NCBI GenBank assembly: GCA_009784185.1
Contig: WRCD01000005.1
Coordinates: 1,868 to 65,867, forward strand
Length of the DNA: 64,000 nt
Direction of reading: 5' to 3'
Source of the DNA: Bacillota bacterium
Lineage (GTDB): Bacteria; Bacillota; Clostridia; Christensenellales; UBA1242
This document shows positions 57,940 through 64,000 of the stretch, one piece after another; within the stretch, counting starts at the first letter, position 1; each line of letters opens with the position of its first letter. The notes below the pieces were generated by a model. That model searched no databases. It was not told where the DNA came from and was given only the letters and a program-made list of their open reading frames with translations. A program made the translations under genes and the position numbers.

Positions 57940-60717
57940 TTAAACCAAATCGGTGGCAAAAACCTTCAGTTCCGGGTAATAACTTTCGGTTGCAGTATTG
58001 AGGCGTTTAATCCATGCGCTGCTCGGTCCACTGCCCAAGCCGGTCATGTACATATCCAGCGTGCCGGTTATCAGCATCTGACTCGTTGTAAGTGCACCGG
58101 TGGTTCCGGTCACATTGCCTATTTGCGGCCCGCTGAAAACCGTGGAATTGTAATAAGTGTTTGAAATAGTAATACTGCCGTCTCTTCTGCCAACAATTCC
58201 GCCGCGATTGCTGCCGGTAGCCGTTAAGACGCCCCTGTTATAACAACTTGTTATTACGGCATTTGTAGCCGCAACACCCGCAATACCGCCAACCTGACTA
58301 ACGCCCGTTACGGCACCTGCATTATAACTGTCTATTATTGTGCCCGAAACATTGTATCCTACAATACCACCTGTGTGACCGGGTGCACCTGCACCTGTGG
58401 TTTGAATATGCCCCGTGTTGTAACAGTTTGTAATTGTCATAACACCGTCTATGCCGCCCACAATTCCGCCGCTGCCGCCGCCGTTTAGGCCGCCTTGAGA
58501 TACATTGCCTGTGTTATAACTGTTCATTATTTTTGCATTTGCAGAAAACGGAGCAGCACGAAGCCCGGCAATACCTCCGGCATTGTCTGCGGTAGCTGTA
58601 ACTATGCCTGTATTATAACTGCTTGAAATTACAGCCGAGCCAAGCAAATGCCCTACTATACCACCCGCACCGTTGATTGATACAATTGTGGCAGAGTTGG
58701 ATGTGTTGGTTATAGTGCTTGTGCCCAGAGCACCACCTGCTATTCCGCCAGCCCCGTACATTGGGTTTCTGATATAACCGTCTTTTACATTAACGTTTGA
58801 AACTGCGGCATTTTCTATTGCTCCAAACAACCCGGCCCCGCTGGATTCGTTAACATAAAGGCCAAACACCGAATTGTTCCTGCCGTCAAACCTTGCCTTA
58901 AACGTCGTGGTTGAGTTTCCTATCGGCGCCCATTGCTCAAGCCCGGTGGTTGTTGGCCCCCAGCTCTGCCAGCCGGAAGTATTGTTTAGGGTAATACTTG
59001 CAGTTAGTGCGTAATACTTGGTGCTGGAGTTGAAATTACCGCCGTTTACAGTGTCCGGAAGATTATTGTTAATTACAAAACTAAACCACTCTAACTGAGC
59101 CTTATTAGATATTAAGTACGGACTTTGTTGCGTACCTGTACCACCCGCAAAAACACCTGCTATTGTTATTGAAAAGGCTCTTTCTGCAAATCTGGTAGTT
59201 GTAGCGTTAGTTACTCTTATTGTAAAGTTAAAAGTGCCGGCTGTATTAGGTGTTCCGCTAATTACTCCCGTTGCCGCAGCAATTGATAAGCCGCCCGGCA
59301 AACTGCCGCTGACCACTGTTCGGTTTAAGGTGCCGGCTTCTGCGCAAGTGGCAGCAATTGTTTGGTTATAGGTCGCATTAACCGTGCCGCCCGGCAAAGG
59401 TGAGGTGGTTGTAATAACTACAGGTGCAGCCTGGTAAACAAATCTTGGATAAACCGTTGTAATCCAACTCTCATAAGTTACTCCCGATGGAGGACTTACA
59501 GTTGGGTTGTTTTTCCACGCATTAAGGGCTGTAAGAAGGGTTTGACCGTTGTATCCGTTATTATTCTGAGTTATCGTTCCTGATGTGTTAAATTGGTCAA
59601 TAGTACCGCTTCCGCCACCGGAGAGATTATGAACCGAATCCGTAAGAAAATAACATGCCGTAACGTTTGCTGCGGTTGCATTTCCCGCAATGCCGCGGGT
59701 TGAACCAAAATAACCGGTCATGGTTCCGGTATTGTAACTGTTTCTTATCGAACCGGATGTTCTGCCCGCAATGCCGCCGGTAGTAGAAGAAGGGTTACTT
59801 GAGCTTCCTGAGCCTTGCACTGCACCTGAGTTGTAGCAGTTTAGTATACGGCAGTTAGTACTGCTTATGGTTCCCGCAATGCCGCCGGTATTATGTGTTT
59901 GAATACTATTGTCATTGTAGGCCACATTACCGGCATTATAACAGTTTATTATGGTAACAACCTGGTTGCTGGAGGCTGCCACCGAACCTACAATGCCGCC
60001 TATCTGACTAACCGCGCCTCCTTCTATGCGTCGCCCAGAAACCAATATGTTATAGCAGCTATCAATTACAGTGTTGGTTGCATTTACTATAGTGCCTACT
60101 ATACCGCCAACATCGCCTGTACTAAGCAATGTTAGGCCATTATGACTGTTTTTTATTGTACAAGCACCTGTTGCATAACCTACTATGCCTCCCGTTGCGT
60201 TGCCTGCTCTAATATAACCCCTTGTAACTCCAACGTTGGAAATTGTAGCGCCGTTTATATAGCCGAATAAGCCTTGAAAGGTAGCTGTTGTACTGATATA
60301 AACTCCGTAAACACTGTAATGTTTGCCGTCAAAATTTGCTCTAAAGTTGTTGGTGTTGTTCCCAATCGGCGTCCATGAATTTAGTCCGGTTGTTGACGGA
60401 CCCCAGCTTGTCCAGTTGGCGGTATTGTTTAGTGTAATATTTTGAGTGAGTTCATAGTAATGACTCGAGGTATTACCTATGTTGGCATTTATTTCTTGTC
60501 TCATACGCGCTAACTGTTCGGCTGTTGTAATCTTCCACGGGTTGGCTTGTGTGCCTGCACCACTGGCAAATGAGCCCGCAATGGTGCCGTTCCATACTGG
60601 GGAATCGTTAGCCAGTGTTGTGCTAACAAAAAACACCATAAGCGGTGTCATAACCAATGCGAACAAAAAAGCAAGCAATCCGGCAATACTTATCGGCCTG
60701 TTTACATATTGCGGCAT
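57940..60717 (-). CDS. Large GLUG-repeat surface protein with a central Ig-like (He_PIG-type) domain; internally duplicated
   Basis: N-terminal anchor helix. Dozens of GGI(V/A)G-type repeats spaced about 22 aa apart. The central segment LPGGTVNATYNQTIAA..GSLPGGLSIAAATGVISGTPNTAGTFNFTIRVTN is Ig-like. Two halves begin with GAGTQANPWKITTAEQL and GGTGTQQSPYLISNKAQL. Confidence 0.8.
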   Translation of the reverse strand: MPQYVNRPISIAGLLAFLFALVMTPLMVFFVSTTLANDSPVWNGTIAGSFASGAGTQANPWKITTAEQLARMRQEINANIGNTSSHYYELTQNITLNNTANWTSWGPSTTGLNSWTPIGNNTNNFRANFDGKHYSVYGVYISTTATFQGLFGYINGATISNVGVTRGYIRAGNATGGIVGYATGACTIKNSHNGLTLLSTGDVGGIVGTIVNATNTVIDSCYNILVSGRRIEGGAVSQIGGIVGSVAASSNQVVTIINCYNAGNVAYNDNSIQTHNTGGIAGTISSTNCRILNCYNSGAVQGSGSSSNPSSTTGGIAGRTSGSIRNSYNTGTMTGYFGSTRGIAGNATAANVTACYFLTDSVHNLSGGGSGTIDQFNTSGTITQNNNGYNGQTLLTALNAWKNNPTVSPPSGVTYESWITTVYPRFVYQAAPVVITTTSPLPGGTVNATYNQTIAATCAEAGTLNRTVVSGSLPGGLSIAAATGVISGTPNTAGTFNFTIRVTNATTTRFAERAFSITIAGVFAGGTGTQQSPYLISNKAQLEWFSFVINNNLPDTVNGGNFNSSTKYYALTASITLNNTSGWQSWGPTTTGLEQWAPIGNSTTTFKARFDGRNNSVFGLYVNESSGAGLFGAIENAAVSNVNVKDGYIRNPMYGAGGIAGGALGTSTITNTSNSATIVSINGAGGIVGHLLGSAVISSSYNTGIVTATADNAGGIAGLRAAPFSANAKIMNSYNTGNVSQGGLNGGGSGGIVGGIDGVMTITNCYNTGHIQTTGAGAPGHTGGIVGYNVSGTIIDSYNAGAVTGVSQVGGIAGVAATNAVITSCYNRGVLTATGSNRGGIVGRRDGSITISNTYYNSTVFSGPQIGNVTGTTGALTTSQMLITGTLDMYMTGLGSGPSSAWIKRLNTATESYYPELKVFATDLV

Positions 60718-60744
60718 ACGCTTCCCCCTGGTATACTTTGTTCC

Positions 60745-60774
60745 ATTTTAGCATTTTTATGGGTTTAGTGTCAA
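60745..60774 (-). promoter_or_regulatory. Candidate promoter of the GLUG gene
   Basis: On the minus strand: TTGACA, 18-nt spacer, TAAAAT. Confidence 0.4.
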
Positions 60775-60775
60775 A

Positions 60776-60797
60776 TAAAAAACGCCCTAAGGCGTTT
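60776..60797 (-). terminator. Terminator after ftsZ
   Basis: On the minus strand: AAACGCC-ttag-GGCGTTTTTT. Confidence 0.75.
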
Positions 60798-60798
60798 C

Positions 60799-62039
60799 TT
60801 ATCTTCCCTTTTTCTCTTTCTTCAGTTTTCTGAGAAACGGCGGGATGTCCGCATCATCCACTTTATATCTTGATGAGCCCGCATCCTTGCCGCCGGTCTG
60901 CCGGTCTGCAGCTTCTTCGGCCATTTCAACTTCACGCTCATCATAACTGGATTGATTTGTTTTGCCGCTGCCGATTCTGCCGGCTAAAAATTCGGCGTAC
61001 TTCTTCTGCGAATACTCTTTAGCACTCTCCTCAACCGGGTTAGCTTTTTCATCCTTCTTTTCTAATAGTCCCGGTCCGGCAAAGCCGGTTGCAATAACGG
61101 TAATCTCAACCGTATCTTCAAGAGTGTCGTCTACACTTGCCCCAAAAATAATGTTACAGCTTGGGTCAACAAGGTCACGCATAAGGTCGGCTGCCTCATA
61201 TACCTGGTCAAGCGGAAGGTCCATGCCGCCCTTAACGTTAAATATAATGCCGGTTGCGCCTTCAATACTCGTCTCAAGCAGCGGACTGTTAACCGCCTGG
61301 CTCAGCGCCTCAAAAATCTTTCTGTCGCCTTTAGCCCGGCCAATACCCATATGCGCATGACCGCGGTTTTTCATAATGGTGCGCACGTCGGCAAGTCCAG
61401 ATTGATAAGTGAATTCTGGATAATCAGGTTGCTTATGCCTTGCACGCCTTGCCTCAGCACATCGTCGGCGTATCTAAACGTATCTACAATGCTTGTACCT
61501 TTCGGCACCAGCTTAAACAACTTCTCGTTTGGAATTATTACAAGGCTGTCTACCACCTTGCGCAATGCATCAATGCCGTTTTCGGCATTTTCCATTCTCC
61601 TGCGCCCTTCAAAATTAAACGGCTTGGTTACAACCGCAATTGTAAGAATCTCTTTTTCACGGCTTAAGTTTGCTATCAGCGGAGCCGCACCCGTGCCTGT
61701 TCCGCCGCCCATGCCTGCGGTAATAAACACCAAATCGGCATCGTTAAGCGCCTGGTCAAGCTCTGCCTGATTTTCCTCGGCTGCTTTTAATCCAACAATC
61801 GGGTCGGCGCCCGCACCCCAGCCGCGTGTAAGTTTTATGCCAATCTGAATACGATAATCGGCCTTGCTGACCTGCAATGCCTGTTTGTCGGTATTAACCG
61901 CAATAAACTCCACGCCTGAAACTCCTGCATTAACCATCCGGTCAATTGCATTACCTCCGCCTCCGCCTACGCCAATAACCTTAATCTTAATTACCGGAGT
62001 AACCGAGTTTCCTCCTGAATACGAGCTGTAACCGTTCAT
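60799..62039 (-). pseudogene. ftsZ: Cell division protein FtsZ, split by a 1-nt frameshift (or sequencing error)
   Basis: ORF 61371-62039 carries [21 protein letters not shown] and [10 protein letters not shown] and ends in [15 protein letters not shown] 60799-61386 continues as (AD)[27 protein letters not shown]. Changing GACTTGCC to GACTTTGCC near 61392 restores LINLDFADVRTIM. Confidence 0.85.
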
Positions 62040-62057
62040 TTTTTATCTCCTAGTATT

Positions 62058-63296
62058 TTATTTTTTATTAAATAACTTAACTATACTCAACTTGACCTTT
62101 ATCGGCTGGTTAAGAGCCAGATTCAACAAGCCCAGCGGCGCGCTTAAGTGCGGCTTATTCAGCAGCGGCAGATTTGGAGCAGCTATGCTCACCTGCCTGC
62201 CTGTCTTTTGGGATAAATAGTCTTTAGCTCCCGGAATATAACTGATTCCGCCGCCGGCAAGTAACAACGCCGTATTTTCCGGATAGTCAATACCGCTGTT
62301 TAATATACATTCGTTTATTATATCACATATTTGTTCAATCCGCGCTATTACAACATCATTTGCCTGCTTGGCCTCAATCTTTTTTATTTCTCCGCTGTCA
62401 TTCAGTTCGTAACAGTCATCTTTATCGGGCAAAGTGTTTAGCACAACTTTGCGCTTTAAGCTTTCGCTTGCATTAAACGGCAGTTCCATACATTTATACA
62501 AGTCAGCCGCTATATGTCCGCCGCCAAGGCTGAACGAATACAAGCCCGCAAGACCATCTCCCATAACAACACTTACACTTGTGGTTATATAGCCGCAGTC
62601 AACTAAAATAGCGCTTTCATCTCTATCCTCGGCTTCAACCACAAACATACTTGAGGCCAGCGGCTCGGATATAAACTCAATATTGGCAATCGACATTGGC
62701 GCAAGCAATTTGGTTAACATTTTTACAAACTCACGCTCGGCCAGCACAAAACTTAATGTTGCGTTTATGCTGCCCGTTACCCAGCCCGTTGGGTCAACCA
62801 CCTTACTTTTATCATCAAGCTCAAAAAATATCGGGCAGCGGTTTACAACAACATGAGTGGTATGTGATTTAAAAGTGTCAACCGAATCAAACAAGTCGTC
62901 AATATCAAATTCGGTTAGCTTTTTACGCTTTTTATATGTAACACCGGCCGACCTTACTTCAACCATGCTGAACTCCGCAGGTACGCCCACATACATATGG
63001 GTTATGTACCTCTGAGCTTCGGTTTCGGCGGCGGTTACTGCTTGGCTGACAACATCTTTAAGGGCATCGGGCTCTAAAAATTCGCCTTCCATGAAGCCGG
63101 CATACGGCACCTGGCTGTAACCAAGGATATCCAACGTGCTGTTAACCCCGCGGGAGCCTATGACACAACTTACTTTGCTGCTGCCTATTTCTAAAATTGC
63201 GACTGTTTTTTTTGCCAATTCCCTGATTTTCTCCTTGTTTCCAGCAAAATGTAAAAAGCCTATTAAATTATAGGCTTTTTTAATTATGGAAGTCAA
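62058..63296 (-). CDS. ftsA: Cell division protein FtsA (actin-like ATPase)
   Basis: VAILEIGSSKVSCVIG .. ILVDCGYITTSVSV .. LLAGGGISYIPGA, directly upstream of ftsZ. Confidence 0.8.
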   Translation of the reverse strand: MTSIIKKAYNLIGFLHFAGNKEKIRELAKKTVAILEIGSSKVSCVIGSRGVNSTLDILGYSQVPYAGFMEGEFLEPDALKDVVSQAVTAAETEAQRYITHMYVGVPAEFSMVEVRSAGVTYKKRKKLTEFDIDDLFDSVDTFKSHTTHVVVNRCPIFFELDDKSKVVDPTGWVTGSINATLSFVLAEREFVKMLTKLLAPMSIANIEFISEPLASSMFVVEAEDRDESAILVDCGYITTSVSVVMGDGLAGLYSFSLGGGHIAADLYKCMELPFNASESLKRKVVLNTLPDKDDCYELNDSGEIKKIEAKQANDVVIARIEQICDIINECILNSGIDYPENTALLLAGGGISYIPGAKDYLSQKTGRQVSIAAPNLPLLNKPHLSAPLGLLNLALNQPIKVKLSIVKLFNKK

Positions 63297-63342
63297 TTAA
63301 ATTCCTTATAAAGCAAAAAGTTGTAATTTGGTAATTGCTGCC

Positions 63343-64000
63343 TTATCGTATATCGCAGTTCCCCCAGTAATTGCCGCCCCATTGCCACCAAGGCGTTGCA
63401 CCAAAGTTATCCAACTGACTCCCTATAAGTGAGCCGGATATGAGCTGCACATTTGCAGCACCAACATACCATAGTATAGACTCGTTAAGCCCGCCAACTA
63501 TCATTCCCATTGGCGGCGCAAATTGGTGGGCAGCAAACTGCCCTATATTTGATATGGTGCTATTGTATATATTGCATGCCACTATGCTGGCATAATGACT
63601 ATACCCCACTATGCCGCCCACCGAGCGGTTTATGTAAATCAGATAGTGTTCAATATCTATATTGTTTACATAACCGTATGCAACAATGCCGCCAACTTCA
63701 TTCAAACCGACTATTCCGCCTATGTTGCCATTCCCCTGTAAAAAAGTTCGATTACCATTAGCAAACCCTACAAGCTGAGAATCTAATATCACGCCAAAGT
63801 TTGTGCCAGCTATTCCACCTAGATTGGAATTGCATCTGAGCATTTGAAGCCACCCGCCTGTTACTTTTACATTATCAATAGTTCCTTCAGCTGCGTTTAC
63901 GCCGCACACTGCCCCAAAGTTAGAATATGTACTACCATGGTCAGGTGCAAAATATGTAGCTACCCATGTCATATTAGTGTTTCTTATTAACCCATAGTTT
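63343..64000 (-). CDS. GLUG-repeat protein, 5' end probably off-window
   Basis: Repeats GGIAGTNFG, GGIVGLNEVGGIVAYG and GGIVGYSHY. The frame stays open upstream of the ATG at 63972 to the window edge (..NYGLIRNTN-M). Confidence 0.7.
   Translation of the reverse strand, partial: NYGLIRNTNMTWVATYFAPDHGSTYSNFGAVCGVNAAEGTIDNVKVTGGWLQMLRCNSNLGGIAGTNFGVILDSQLVGFANGNRTFLQGNGNIGGIVGLNEVGGIVAYGYVNNIDIEHYLIYINRSVGGIVGYSHYASIVACNIYNSTISNIGQFAAHQFAPPMGMIVGGLNESILWYVGAANVQLISGSLIGSQLDNFGATPWWQWGGNYWGNCDIR

Overview
This is a 64-kb chromosomal segment from an endospore-forming Firmicute, probably Clostridia-like. Most genes are on the minus strand and are housekeeping genes. The sporulation and division core is ftsA, ftsZ, spoIIGA, sigE, sigG, ylmC, nrdR, der, plsY and spoIVA. 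Also present are comEC, holA, rpsT, murI, glmS, alr and ndk, ten tRNA genes (seven in one cluster), transporters, and several orphan or surface proteins. I saw no rRNA, CRISPR array, integrase, transposase or obvious prophage. The main unusual feature is a very high density of short structured repeats in at least four families. Family A is an AATTCCCCT..AGGGGTG hairpin followed by a second hairpin with a variable stem, found at 21 loci. Family B is a long hairpin with a conserved ~34-nt loop and unrelated but still complementary stems, found in 4 copies. Family C is a ~112-nt element with TGTCATTGCGAG terminal inverted repeats, found in 2 full copies. Family D is a set of YYTGTTM heptamer arrays (7 arrays). 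Several copies lie in frame inside conserved genes: alr, a fused ABC transporter and a feoB-like gene. Others create false N- or C-terminal ORF extensions. Other leads: a promoter, an 18-aa leader peptide with five consecutive Thr codons and two tandem terminators upstream of a ProRS-like gene that lacks the editing domain; single-base frameshifts in short homopolymer runs (T and C) in ftsZ and in a zeta-toxin-like kinase; a G8 tract in a promoter spacer; a tRNA-Leu with anticodon AAG; a duplicated tRNA-Leu 3' end; and a gene flanked by ~125-bp inverted repeats. All functional calls come from motifs read in the translations. No database search was possible.
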